DNA of 62,100 nucleotides, the filler included, from Sluysia triapertura (lineage: Eukaryota), in NCBI GenBank assembly GCA_046118255.1. It is 4 parts of 4 records of this genome, joined end to end, with 100 filler letters (N's around TTAATTAATTAA, not from the genome) between each part and the next. Parts side by side here need not be neighbours in the genome. Positions count along the whole stretch, not along the records: positions 26,950 to 49,691 come from JBJNIA010218473.1; 3 more parts are not named here. One strand, 5' to 3'. Position 1 is the stretch's first letter. Each line of letters begins with the position of its first letter. Under the pieces are notes generated by a model. That model had not been told where the DNA came from. It searched no databases and was given only the letters and a program-made list of their open reading frames with translations. This document shows, one piece after another, positions 35,743 through 49,791 of this stretch. A program made the translations under genes and the position numbers.

Positions 35743-37791
35743 TTAGCATAGTATTTAATCAGTGCAATAATAAAAATTTGTACAATAATAAAAATAAGAC
35801 TACAAAGTATTAGTGCATTGTACAATTTCAGTTATTTATAGATATCTTTTTACATATATATTGAAATGAATTTTACTAGTATTTTATCAGCTGTTTAAAA
35901 TTCCATTCACAAAGTTTTATTAGTTTAAGTGTATTTTAAATCCACATAAAATGTGTTTAAAACCTAACACTTAACAAACTAACGTTAGCTGATTATGTTG
36001 GAGAGGCATAACATTAATGTGATATTGACTTTAATTACTATTTAATTATTTGGTAATCTGGACTAACATTTGATTTGATTTTACTTTATTATTTTTATTT
36101 GAAATAAATAATTTTGTAAATAATTTAAATATTATTTTTATTATATTTATAAAACATATAGTTTAGAAAATTAATATAAAATATTTTTAACAAACAAAAA
36201 TTTAGAAAATTGAAATAAAATATTAAAAAAAAAATAAAATATTTTAAACAAAATTAATAAAAATATTCAAGAAAATTTTGTTGTTTAACTAAATCAATTT
36301 TCAAATTTGCATCAATTGACGCCAATATGGCGAAATTTTAAAATTCTGCAAACAAGAAGCAATACAAGCAATTTCTGAAAATTCTCAATGATATTCAACA
36401 GTCCTGATATCCATGTTTAGGTAATATTTTTATATAAGTTTTTAAAATTCCTAATCTTATTGATAGGAAATTATTAAATTCCACATAAAATCCAAACATC
36501 TATCCTAGACCGTAACTGGCTAGGTTAACATTTTAGTGCATTAAGTGAACTATTGCTAAATTTAACTAAATTATCTTACATAAATCAGGCCGTAACCGAT
36601 TGATTCAATTTTTAAATTCTATTGTCAATCTTGTCAGACCGTATCTGGCTAACATAACCTATAAATTAATATCATTCGTTTGTTCAGAAATATTATCTAA
36701 TTGTTCATAAGCTTGCACAAATCCTTTTTAGTTTCATATTAAGCAAATTTTATTGTTACGTTAAAACCCTAAGATTTAAATCGTGTCTAATTAGGCGAAA
36801 CAACCTTCAAACTTCATTTTGTAAGTTTTAAGTCAAAAAATCTTGTAATTAAAAATATTATCCGGTTTGGTTATTGATAAGTCGAATATATGTTCGGGTT
36901 CACTAGATATTTGTGATGACGTATCTGTATATATGTATTTATGTGATGTCTCTATATCTGATTTATGTTTATGATTATTGGACATTGTAATACACGTTTT
37001 TAGCTGATTTATTAATATTATTATTATTGATTTATTATTAATTGATAATCTTGATAATATTACAATTGATAATATTTTAGAATCTTGCAAAAAATTATTC
37101 TATATTTTAATAATTTTAATAATTGATAATATTTTTGGGAAATAATTCTTTTTAAAAAAATAAACTAACGTAAGTGCTTATTAATTTATAAAAATAATTT
37201 ATTAATATTAATTAAAATAGTTTTAAATTATTTCACTTTAAATAGTTTTGTTTTAAATTACTTCAAGGACGCTACAAAATATACATAAATATGAAAAAAA
37301 TTTTAAGACACAATACAAAAAATTCAAAAAACTACGTTGGACTCACGTTAAAATCTTATTTTATTCTATAAGGATCTTATCTTACTTTTTATCGTTGAAG
37401 TCTTTAATAATACCTTGTTGTTAAATTTAAAATTATTAAAATCACGATTAAAATCATTCTACAAAAACTTATTTGCAAAACATTATTGAGTCAAATAGGT
37501 AAATTAAGAAAATAATTTTTGTGCATTGTTATTGCATATTTTAGATTCTTGTATAATGTAATAATACTACATATTCTTTATTACTTTATTGTTATTGTTT
37601 ATAATAATAATAATAATAATTATTATTATTATCATTATTATTATTTTTATTATGGGTAATTCGTAAGTTGTATTTTTAGGTACACTTTCTTTCAAATAAA
37701 TAAACACCATTATTTTTCTAAAGCAAAAATAATTCATTCTAAATAGATAACGTTCTGATATTGTACAATTTAGAATTTATTTACAAATAAA

Positions 37792-38063
37792 CTAACGAAA
37801 TGGTTCGTAACACTTTTTCTTTGATGAAACATTTTTTCCACTACAAACAAAACAAATAGTCCGGTTGTCTTTGCCAGTAATTCTTAAATATGTATTATTT
37901 ATTAACGTATATGCATGTGATGTTATATTTGTAAATTTATAATTAGTAATTAGTAAGGTTAAAAAGAATTCAGTAGGATACAGGAGACAGTAAATATCCA
38001 TTGTTTTATTAAAAATGAAAATTTCTGATGTCCAAGGAAATATAACGAATTTTGGAACAATAC
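37792..38063 (-). CDS. Terminal exon, Cys-patterned paralog 3
   Basis: Phase-1 acceptor; ...MDIYC...ITGKDN..ICFVC-x10-CYE; five sequons. Confidence 0.65.
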
Positions 38064-39033
38064 CTATATTTGAAATATTAATATTTGTAGAACTAAATTT
38101 TTCAGATAATAATTTGATTTTTCACCGCTAGTATTACGAAAAAATTAAGTTTTTTTGGATACAAAATGAATACAACATATAGAAATTGTTTTGATTGTTA
38201 TTGTTGGATTTGTTGAAAATTAAATACTTTAATTTATCGTCGTTTCGGTTTTAAAGAAGAAATGGATTGTATCATTATAAATCAGTCGAGCAATTAATAA
38301 GTTGATTTCTTCCACCTGTTCTGGTTGCATAAAGTCGAGACAAAGTTTGAAATTAAGAATTTTAGTTTGAAGAGGTTGTATGTTCAGATTCAAGAAATAA
38401 TGGAGTTAGAAGATATTCTTCAGTGACACATAAGTTTCTACCGTCAGAAACTAATTACCGCTAAATTGAACGTACGTAACACGTATCATATAGGAAATTG
38501 AAATTTTCATATCTACAAAACAAGTTCCTTCAATTTCTTAAGAAATACACTCGTGGGTATTATGTAAAATACTTCTAGGCAGCAATTACCTGAAGATTAA
38601 CAAGATGCTCAACAATAATATATACAGTTTCGTAAGCAAATAACATGTACAAGGAAAATTACAAAAATTTGTTTGAAATCTAAAAAATACGATTTCTAAC
38701 AATGCTGAACAAAACCATGCATCCATCAATGTTATGTTGCAGCTACCTAAGATTTTATTACTTTAAATTATCGTAGTAAATTTAATTATTTAACTATTTA
38801 GGACATGAACAACTTTTTAAATGATCTTGAGATAACAATACAGCCATTGCTCACTATTCAAATATTTTCATTCATATCATATACTAACTGCTTTCTTTGC
38901 TTTTAAATTATTCTAATGGCATTAAAAAGATAATCTTTTATCCTTAATTTATATAGATTTAAAAAGATTTGATATTGACCTCCTTTCTGGTATTTTTCGT
39001 CAATTATAGTTAAATCATAGTTTCAAAATCTTT

Positions 39034-39421
39034 TAATAATAATAATAATAATATTAATAATAATAATAATAGTAATAATAATAATAATATATTAATTTAT
39101 ATTGTGCTTATATCTACTCAAAAGCGGTTAAAATAATATTTCTAAAACAGAAAGAAATTTGCATTTTTCTTAAATATTTCATAATCTTCAGTAATTTGAC
39201 ATTTTTTGGTAACTGGTTGTATATTTTTGAAACATAAAAGGCATACAACCTATCACCTGTAAATTCTGTATAGATTATTATGTCTCAATGAAGTATTCTT
39301 CCTGGTTTCCAATTTTTTTATTATTTCTAAAAGATATTCAGGACTTCCGTAATTTAAGCGTTTGGAAATTATTGTCATGATTATATTCTTGCTTTTATTG
39401 GCAACCAATGTAATTACTTAA
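39034..39421 (-). mobile_element. 3' end of an L2/CR1-group LINE, second copy
   Basis: Collinear and highly similar to 23385-23810. Confidence 0.75.
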
Positions 39422-39762
39422 GATCTTCTTTCCAAAAGAGAATCATTATCATGTACATTTAATATAAGTCAATAACATTTACTATTATATTTCCAAACGA
39501 AATAAAGATAGTTTTGTTAAATTTACAGTTTAACTTTAATGACTATAATAATTTCTTGATATTTCAATGATTAAGATATTGTTTAAATTATAATACAACT
39601 ATAATATTGTACAATAATAAAACAAAGTACTGTTAAATAAATGTAATTATGAAGATCCAAAAGTGGTATTTTGATTTTAATTATTTATTTATTATTCCTT
39701 TTTTGTTTAATTATGCTACGTAGAATAAATTAATATTGTAATGATTTTTTTAACGATTAATA

Positions 39763-40037
39763 TTATAAATTTAAATTCAAACCTCTTCTTCTAAAACATT
39801 TTTCAGCAACAGGTAATATTTCATGTAAACACTTTACACATATTTTACTTTCGTTTTTAGTTTTGTAACGTATCCTCAATGGATTAAGATAAGTATAAGT
39901 GAAATTAACATATTTAAATCCATAACCGAATAATTTACTTTCTAATGATTTTTCATTTAAAGTACAGCTAATTTCCAGATCAACCTTAGGTAAGTAATAA
40001 TCAATATTTGGTGCAAGGTTTAGAAAAACTTTTAAAT
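39763..40037 (-). CDS. Terminal exon, Cys-patterned paralog 4
   Basis: Phase-1 acceptor; ...EISC...FGYGF...ICVKC-x10-CFRRRG; clearly closest to paralog 2 (PNI..Y.P, HEIL). Confidence 0.7.
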
Positions 40038-40219
40038 CTATATAAAAATAAGTTATTAGAAGAATTGAATTATTTTCAGCAAAAAAATTTAAAATAACAC
40101 ATTTCAATACCTTAAATTAAGTTTTAAAGCTTATAGATGCACCTAACTTTTACTTGAGTTATAGTTTCCGAAGGTTATCCAACTGGACTTTATTTGGAGA
40201 AAATTATAACTCCAGTTTT

Positions 40220-40255
<36 letters not shown>

Positions 40256-40275
40256 TATAATATAATAATAATAAT

Positions 40276-40317
<42 letters not shown>

Positions 40318-43300
40318 GCACTGCCAATTTCAATATTCCATATTTCTTGGGTATATTAAAGACAAGTATATACAGCTTTAGTATAATATAATATTGTGAC
40401 ACCTAATTTTTTAGTGTTATTAGTACTAAAATTACATTACTAAAACATTTCTAAAACTTAATTTACTTGCATAACCGTTTATAAAATACTCAAAACAAAA
40501 AAATCTGAAAGGAATATTAATATTATTTGAGTAATGACTTAGCACTTCATTGTCATTTAAATGAGGTCACACTTTAGCATTCATTAATCTTAAGCAGTAA
40601 TGATCATGAAATAAAACACTGAAATTTAAATTCTCAAAAATTATGTTTCTAAAGGAAATAATAATAATTATAAAAATGATGTTACTACTATTATTATTAA
40701 AATTGGTAGCTATTAAAAGTTTACGCATCATTTGTTATAGGTTATGATAAAGTGGCAGGCAGTGAGGTAAATGATTGTTACATTGCTACCGATGGAGCAT
40801 CTAGTCGCATTTTAAAAGATAATTTTAAATTAGTTAATAAGCAACATAATGTATCTTTTAATATTGGCCTTAACTGTTTTCATGGTCCTCAAATTGGTCT
40901 AGTATTGACTAAATTCAATTCGACTGTTCAAATTTTCTTGGTGATATAAGAAAAGTCTATTACTAGAATGACCAGTCAGAGTTATTTTAAAGTATTTAAT
41001 GTAGATCATGTTAACGACAGTATTAAAGCCGAAATGTAGCTAATCTGTACAATGAAGCTAATAATAAACTGTACAATCTCCAATAAATAACACTATTTCC
41101 ACATTATCATATAGATGATGTTGCACAACATACAGAAACATGTCTGGACTATAAACCTGCTATATAATGGACTGCTGTGGTTTTACGCAATGATATCGGA
41201 ACGCGATAATAAATCAAACTTCATATACAAATATTAATGTGGGAAAGCGTATATGAATAAAAGAATAAAATGCTTTATATGATGTGTGAGTCCACGTACG
41301 ATCCTACACTTACGAGGATTTTAAAGAATAATAGTAACGTGAACTTACTGGAAGTAAAAAATTATCAAAAAACATATAGTTAATTTAAATTTTTGTTCTT
41401 AAGAATTTATATTTTATTGATTAGCATTATTCAACTTTAATTAGGTCACTTTTTCTTACGTGAGACCTTTCACGGTTTCATCTTTAAATGAAACCTTAAA
41501 ATTAATATTTTAGGTTTTTCCTTTAAACAAAACCTTTAAAAATAATTTATTAAGATTCCTTTTTAAAAGAATATTTATTGCAAAATTGATTTTTTAAATA
41601 TTATCTCAATTATTTTATAAATTTTAAAATGAAACTCAATGAATATTTTATTAAGGTTTCTTATTAAATGAAGCCGTGTATAATTAAAGTTACTTTAAAT
41701 GAAACTTTTTACACTATGACATCTTTTGAATTTTAATCAATTTATAAATTCTATAATTGTACATATATTTTATAACACTTTCATTTTAAAAGAAACCAAG
41801 AAAAATACTGTTTAAATCACTTTATATTAAAATTAATGAAGAGTAAAATTTTAAATCAAAATTAACAAAATTCGAAATAGTGTTTTTAAGATATATTAAT
41901 TACAAATTAAATATTAATCAAAATTACAATGATTTAATAATAAAACTGATATAATATAGAGCTGATACAAAATATTTGTACAACATTAATTTAGTAGATT
42001 ATTCTAGTTTAATAATCTTTAACCTTTTTAAAATTGTGTTATCAACTTAAAAGATAAGTAAAAAGAGTAAAAATTTTAAGTACATTTTATGAGCAATTTA
42101 CTAAAAATTGCGAATCTAAAGAACAAAAAACTAACGATAATAATAATAATTAATATATTGTTATTCAAATTATTGTCTTAAGATGTGCTTAGCAAAAAAT
42201 ATTATTTCAAAAACGTACTGGAAATGTACTTGCCAAAATAATAGACAGTATAATATTATTCAAAATTGATACTGAACTTAAAAAATTAAAGTTGCCAACT
42301 TTATAAATAAATTGAACTTCTAATAAAAATTGTGAACTAATTATTGATATTGTACGTGAACTATGCTTGTTTTTATACCGTAAAGTTGACCTTAATGGTC
42401 TAAATATTTATAATTGCATAAGTTTAAACAAATTAATAATTATTTCGTGTACGTTTAAACAAATTAATTTGACATAATTATAATATATATTGATTCAATA
42501 ATATTAATTTTTTTTATAATATTTTTCAATAATAACGTTAATATTTTACATATTTGCATAAAAAGTCATTAAAATATTTACAAACTAATAATAATTAAAA
42601 TATAAATCTAAAATATTTACATAAAACTAGATTATTTATTGTATCTTGTAAAATGTCAATAATTTGTCTCGAGTACAACGTTACTAACTCAGTTGTTTCT
42701 CAGTCATATCTTGGGCCACGTTCGTCTAAATAAACTTAACTTTCACATTTAAGGCGACAGAAACTCTTTTTTGGCATTGACGAATAAACACATGTAATGT
42801 CTGCTTTTAATTTATTATTCAAAATTGATTTACACAAATTCAAAATGTGAGGTTAACCCTGTCACAAAGATAGCTTCAAAATGTGATCTTGTAAAATTTG
42901 CGCATTTGAGACAGTTTTAAGAGAATTCTAAATATATTTGTGGAGATTTAATTCCTAACTCTCAACAAGGAATCAGTAGGGGAAAACAGATCATATCGAG
43001 ATTCAACACTTGTTATAGAGCACCACCAGCATCGGAAAAATATTTGTCGATATTTTATTTACATTGATAAAGCTTACTTTAAGTAAGTAAATTTTCTTAA
43101 TATTGTTAATTCCTTTTAATTTAATTTATTACCGCTAAAATCACTACCAAAATAACTAGATAAAAATGTTCGGTTTTCTTACCACCTGAACAATTATAAA
43201 AATAATGAGTTTTAGAGTTTGGGTCCGCCTACGCTAAACGGTTTACCTATAAGGACGTTCACGTAGGATTTTAAAGCTTTGTCAAATAACTGAAGGTCAA

Positions 43301-44021
43301 GAAAATGGTGTTTTATGCGTATATGATTAATAATTTTCTCACTTAATAATTAGGTTTAAATGTTTCTTTAAATGTAGTAAGCTCTTATATTTTCAGATCT
43401 CAAAATTTTCAATCTAGTTCCTTTTCTTAAAGAATGATTATCGCTGAAGTTATCGAAACCTTTTAAATTCTATAATCACTAAATTTGCTAATAAGTTCTT
43501 TAAGCTTTTTACTACTTTTAACGGAAAACTTTTAATAATTATCTTTCGATACAATTTATTTATTACTTTTATTTAAAAATCTTTTGATTTTAATAAAACC
43601 TTATCTTTAAATGATAACAAAACAAAATCCACTTAGTAAGTTCTATTACAAAACAAATTCAAATAGTAATATTAACGTATATCAGTATTCTATTACAAAG
43701 GCTCAATATAACAATGTGAAAATTTTTAAATCAACGTATATTCTATTACAAAGGTTCAATATAACAATGTAAAAACTTTTTATGAAACACAAAACGAATT
43801 TTTTATATAAGTAAAAAACAATATAATAAAATATATATATTTTTAATTTAACGTCTGATTTTGACCCAGAAGTTACGTGTGGGTTTCTCTAATAATAGTA
43901 CAAAGAATTTAAGTCGTATTTTAAGACCGTTAAAGAATCGGGTCGAGAAACTTACAAATAAAAGCTTACTGAATCGTAAAACCAAATTGAAAAGATCCGG
44001 AATTGTGAACTGGAACGTAAG

Positions 44022-44118
44022 AAACCAAATCGTGTTTTTATCCAAAAAACCAAATTACGTTTTATCCAAAAGACCAAATTACGTTTTATCCAAAAAACCA
44101 ATTTACGTTTTATCCAAA
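44022..44118. repeat. 24-bp tandem repeat, ~4 copies (AAACCAAATTACGTTTTATCCAAA)
   Basis: Seen directly; ~50-60-bp tandem duplications nearby at ~43675-43780 and ~44450-44570. Confidence 0.88.
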
Positions 44119-46189
44119 TGAACGTCAAAAATTCTGCTCCAAATTAAAACCAAAAAATTGTAACACAATTGAAATGTCTATAAATCTGTCTCTATGAATT
44201 CTAGATTATTAACTCTAGAATGTTTTGATTTATCTTGACTTTATATACCTTTTGATGAGTATACGTTAAAATAAATATCCTATTTTTAAAATAAATATAA
44301 CATAAATAATAGATTTCCGTTTTATTTTCGAAATTAACTAAATAATATTTCGATAAAATTTTCGTTCCATAAAATAATATAAATAAATTTTTATATATCT
44401 GTTTTGGTTATAAACAAAAATTTTATAAATAATATTATTATGAATAAAAATACTAGAATAAATTTCCGTTTTTTGAAATTTTATTATTTATAAATGAGTA
44501 ATAACATAAATACTAGATTCCGTTTTTAAAATTTGATTATTTATAAATGAGTAATAACATAAATACTAGATATTTTATTATTATTTAATTTTATTATTCA
44601 ATAAATTCATTATTATTTACAAAATTATTACTGAATTTTTTTTAATACAATTATTATTCACAATTTTATTTTAAGATAATATTATTTACAATTAATTAAA
44701 TTAATTAAATATTGTTTAATTTAATAATTTCGTGAAAAATATATACATAAAATGTATAATGAATTAACATTAGAATTAGTGAGAACTTTTGAATTTTATT
44801 AGTTTACCTAATGTTGAAATGTTTGATGCAGATAACGTAAAAATTAGTTATTTATTTAGTTTTATAATCTAAAATTAAATTTATATATGTTATAATACCT
44901 AAGTATAATTAAAGTATATATTAAATTGATGCTCATTAAGATACCAATTCAGACATGTTTTTTAAATCAACGTGCGACGACGCACGGTTGATGAATGTCG
45001 TATTGCATAAAAACTTTCTATATAAATTAAATTTGGTTTTTGATTAGTTTTACGTTTATTTTAAGTTGACATATTATATCAATGAAAAAATGATAGTGTA
45101 ATAATGATATTAAATTTTGATTGCGTTATGTTGAAAAGACAAATCCCATTTTCTTTGGGTAATTGGAAACCGACAGAAATTACTGTTGAAATTTAATTAT
45201 TGAAATTTGTCATCTTGTGACCAACTAAAAGAAATTAATAATTATAACAAGTTATTATTTCCATTTACCAATTTTTTATTTCCTAATCAACTATCTAAAC
45301 GATCTAACTTTTGTAATAAAACCAGAACAAGAGAGCTATACAACAATGAAAACTTTGAAGAGAGCTGACTCAACACAATTGTGATAAACATGGTGATTGA
45401 GAAATTATTTTTAGTAATTGACTAAATGTTATAAGCAATATTTTTATTGTTAAGATTAGTGATTTGCGTTTTTATTATTTTATTACTATTAAATTCGGGC
45501 AGCAATATTTATTGTATTGTGTTTAGTTATTAAACAGGAAAATTCATTATCTTTTTGTAAAATTCTTCCAGTACCCATGAAATTCAAAATAATTCTTTAA
45601 ATATGTGTAAATTTTTAAACGCGCTCTTAATACGGTCAACTTAATAAAGAAACCAATAATATTGATACAACCAGTATAAAGTCCAATATAATTAACTAGA
45701 AATAACTAGAAATTTTGACTCAAAACCAAACCGAGCGGGAAGTCAATCCAATAAAGTAAATCCGCAAAACAAACTAACGGGAAGAATTTCAACAAGGTTT
45801 AAATAAGTTTAATAAAATGAATAACATTCAACAAAGTCCACTGAACCAAACCAATTATTATTATTAATTTGATCAATAAAATCAAATTCAAATACGCAAA
45901 CAATCCTAAGCCATCCACAACAAAAGTAGCCAAATTCTACTAAAATAATTATCGAACCAACAAATTAAGATCAATTCAATGTCAAATAAGAAAATTTAAG
46001 ATGGCACGTACCAAAAATTATAACATTAAGGTTTTCCGCTCAACAAAGGTTCACTTACTATGATTTGCGTCATATAAATTTTAAATCCTACAATATATCA
46101 AGCGAGCCACAATTTCAATTAGTCATCGTTTACCTTGTAGAACCGACGATGATTCAGATTTTTCACTGCAAAGAACAGCGGAAGCGCTC

Positions 46190-46340
46190 ATCAATGCAGT
46201 TTTTCCTAGTTTACATCTAGTTCACCTAATACGTGGTTCATAGTCATTGAGGCTAATGTCAAAACAAACTCCATAAAACAGCAAAGTGCCAAATTTAATG
46301 AAACACTGGCAATCAAATTTGATACTAATATGTATTCAGT
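46190..46340 (+). mobile_element. Ty3/gypsy gag N-terminal relic
   Basis: FP../FTSSSPNTWFIVIEAN resembles the P.F....P..WF...EA.F gag motif; frameshifted. Confidence 0.45.
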
Positions 46341-48027
46341 CAACACTGATCAAACAAATCATCATTCAGCAAATTTGAGAGTTTGGATTTGTTAATTAAT
46401 ATTTTATTCGAATTATGGCCTCTAATGGCATTTAAGATGTCTTCTAAAAAATAATTTTGATATTTTTCTTAAATTGGAATTACTTCTGTGTCATTTTTTT
46501 GGTTTTATTAGTTTCAATTTAATGTACTGTCAACATGAGCTTTAATTAAACTTACTTTTCTATACAACCTCTATGTATCACTGTCTGTTTAACTTTATTT
46601 GAGATTTTTTCTTAAGATTTATGTATTTACTTAAATTTTCCTCATCTAAAGTTTTATTGGAATTAAATTTAATGCTGGCTTGAGTCTTAATGAACTGAAG
46701 TATGTTGGGAGTAGTGAAGGATAAAGGTCAATATGAGGGTTATGACTCAGGATAACGGAATATGGTGAATGTTATTAAAGATAAGGTAATATGATGAACT
46801 GTAATGGTAAAATAAGTATGAAAAATACTTGAATTAAAACAATAAATAATAAGAATAAGTTCAACATTATTAAAGAATTAGGATGAGGTATTATGATGAA
46901 CTGCAATGATAAGATAAGAATAGAAAATACTTAAATTAAAACAAAATAATGAGAAATATGAATAAGTAAATCTGTACAAGGTTTTATTTGTTAACATATT
47001 AAAGTACATTTATTAATTAACTTAATTCAAATTTGTTTAATTTGATTGTGGTGTCACACTTTAACACAACATACATATCATCCATCATCACCATCAATTA
47101 CACCAACATACAACAGATATTTCACTCACTATCATCATCGACCACATAACCCTCGTCACAAACAAATACTATACCAAAATAAAACGCACTTACAACATCC
47201 GCAGTATCACATCTTACCTCTCATAAACCACAAACGCATAATAAAATCTAAGTGTGATTACCAAAAGAAAATCCCTACGCCCATATTGATAAGTCAATAA
47301 AAATGTTTGCTCATGATATAATTATATTGCATTTAGTGTGTAATATTGAGTTTTATTAGTATTTTTAATGATGAAGTATATAACGTATATATAACGTAAA
47401 AATTAGTTATTTTAAAATAGGAACAAGGGTTAGTAAAATGTTCATTATTGATTACACTTCGTATTGATGCAAGTGCTAAAATTTAAATAAGTTGTCACCC
47501 CTAGTCATGTTTTTTAATATTAAAAGATTTGTAAAAAAGCAGAACTATTTTTTGTAATTGTTTTCTTGTAATATATTGTCTGCCATGAATAACTATATTA
47601 TAAACAATGTTTGGAACAAATAAAGCCTTCATAATTGTATCCCACCTCAAGTATGAAGTTATCTTTGTACATGTTAAGTATGCTCCTAATCCAGCCCAAA
47701 TCGCATTAGAATAAAAATACTAACAATAATTTACAAAGGAAATTTGATCATTAAGATAGAAAAAATGCTTGGTTAAAAAGTTGTAAAAACATCAACACCA
47801 CCGTCATTCTTCAACTAGTGACCCTTATATCGCTTAAGGTACTACCCAATTGTATTTTTGTGGTAAAGGTTTTTTTATTAATTGAATTAAAGATTTATTA
47901 ATTTAAAGTTGAGTTAATTAAATTAACTGCTATTCTTCATTCATATGAAAAATTTCGTCAATCGATTATAAAAAATTCGGTTTATATAATTCTTAAACGA
48001 ATAGTACAAATAATATATTACAAATAA

Positions 48028-48411
48028 CTAAAATGCAAATTTAGCTCGAATTTTTTCTAAATTCTTCGCAATATCGTTTGGTTCTTTACCAAGTTCCGAA
48101 CTGATGCTTCGTTGTTTAGCAAGATCCAACGTGGTGAACACTTCACACAGATCACCATCAATAACTGATTTGCAAGGAAAATAGTATGAACGATAATGTA
48201 AATGATCTCGACCAACCATACTCAAACACTCGGCTCTCAAATGCGATTCTAAAGTTTGAAAAAATTCGTATGTGTCATTTGATTGAAATGGAACAAGAAT
48301 ACCAATAGCACCGTTAATTGTTGTGTATAATAATGTTTCCAAGCCGCTTGGATTCAGTGACGCCTTTTGAATCGATGTTACCAGTTCACCGACATAGAAG
48401 TGGCAGATTAC
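48028..48411 (-). CDS. SF3B3: Splicing factor 3B subunit 3 (SAP130), last exon
   Basis: VICHFYVGE...LLYTTINGAIGILVPF...GRDHLHYRSYYFPCKSVIDGDLCE...KFAF*; ag acceptor at 48412-48413. Confidence 0.95.
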   Translation of the reverse strand, partial: VICHFYVGELVTSIQKASLNPSGLETLLYTTINGAIGILVPFQSNDTYEFFQTLESHLRAECLSMVGRDHLHYRSYYFPCKSVIDGDLCEVFTTLDLAKQRSISSELGKEPNDIAKNLEKIRAKFAF

Positions 48412-48765
48412 CTATATAATAATAACAATTTTAACAAAAATACCATCAATATTTTAAAAACAAGTTGGTTAGTGAGTGGTGCACTTTAGAAGCAGCACAC
48501 ATACAATTTTAATATTTCAAAAACAAATTCGATATAAATACTTTTGAGGCTTAACATAATTAAAATCTGCTCGATACTTTTTTAATAACATTGAATAAAA
48601 TTTTAAATTTTCTTTATTTTAGTATCAAAATTTATATTTATTTTATTTCCAAAATGCTTATGACAATAAAAACAGTTTGTTAGAGGAGACTGAAATGGCA
48701 TTATGTTTGGTGCTTGATTGCTTAATATATTTGAAAATGAGTCAACGAAAAACAATATCACATAC

Positions 48766-49086
48766 TTCCACTTTTTGACTGCAGCCTCCTAAATGCCCAC
48801 GTTCCCACAATGCTTTACTACCACTAGGATCTTCTTCTACATCATCGGTGACATCCTTGGGAAGTCTCAGAACAGCAATATTTCCGAACTTGTCGGCTGC
48901 CACGGCCGTGTCATTGTCCAGAATACAAACATGATTTACCCAGCGTGTTATAGTGTCATCTGCGAATATTACAAGTTGGTTCTCTGCTCGACGATGATAT
49001 TTCACCCAAAATATGCTGTCTTGCATATCGGCAACAACAATACGACTTTTGTACGATTGAATAGTGACGATTTTGTACGGAAAATT
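48766..49086 (-). CDS. SF3B3: SF3B3 penultimate exon
   Basis: ENQLVIFADD...ADKFGNIAVLRLP...DVEEDPSG..ALWERG; cag/gtatgt boundaries, 321 nt. Confidence 0.95.
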
Positions 49087-49289
49087 CTGTGGAAAAAATA
49101 ACAATCATATTTCACTTTTAATATAAATTTATATTCAATTAAATCATTTAAATCAAAATTTAATATTAATCGAATACATTTTTGCTACAATTTGATGTAA
49201 AATGATTATATTTAATATTTGTAATAATAAAAATATCTGCAGATGAATTATTGTGTCAATCGTAAATCAAAGCTCACCAAATACATCAA

Positions 49290-49500
49290 ATATCTAGTCG
49301 TGCAACGGCAGTGGTTCATTATTTTATGAAAATTTTCGATTACAGTTCGACCTAATTCTGGTTCATTTTAAGTAATGGCTTCGATTATATTCTCTTTGAG
49401 ATCGTTTATTGCTTTCGGATTGTTGCCGCAAACGTTATCTTTCAAGAAACTCTAAAGGAAGAAGTTCAGAGGTTTCAGAATGCATGATTTGGGAGGGACA
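49290..49500 (-). mobile_element. Tc1/mariner (maT-like) transposase C-terminal relic in an SF3B3 intron
   Basis: PPKSCILKPLNFFL*SFLKDNV..NNP..INDLKENI resembles WPPRSPDLTPLDFFLWGYLK..VY...P; a hAT/Charlie-like end CAGTGATTCTCAAC follows near 49615. Confidence 0.6.
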
Positions 49501-49691
49501 ATTATTGAAACTACATGTTCAAGTTATTATAACAGATTTTAATGCTTTTAGATTGAACTTATAAGTTTAGTCTATTAGTTAAAAACCGAATTTTGTAGAC
49601 TTCTTCGTTTATATCAGTGATTCTCAACCAATGTGCCGCCGAATTTTAGTCTTATGATTATGTTCACATTTGTATTCTATTCTAGTCCAAA

Positions 49692-49791
49692 NNNNNNNNN
49701 NNNNNNNNNNNNNNNNNNNNNNNNNNNNNNNNNNNTTAATTAATTAANNNNNNNNNNNNNNNNNNNNNNNNNNNNNNNNNNNNNNNNNNNN
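49692..49791. other. Artificial scaffold-concatenation linker
   Basis: N44-TTAATTAATTAA-N44. Confidence 0.97.

Noticed and set aside
40752-40949. CYIATDGASS as a retropepsin or RNase H motif
   Set aside because: A single short motif without supporting context.
44022-44118. CRISPR-like array
   Set aside because: Head-to-tail 24-bp repeats with no unique spacers; eukaryotic context, no cas genes.
44965-44992. TCAACGTGCG-ACGA-CGCACGGTTGA hairpin as a Helitron 3' end
   Set aside because: No CTRR terminus at the expected distance on either strand.
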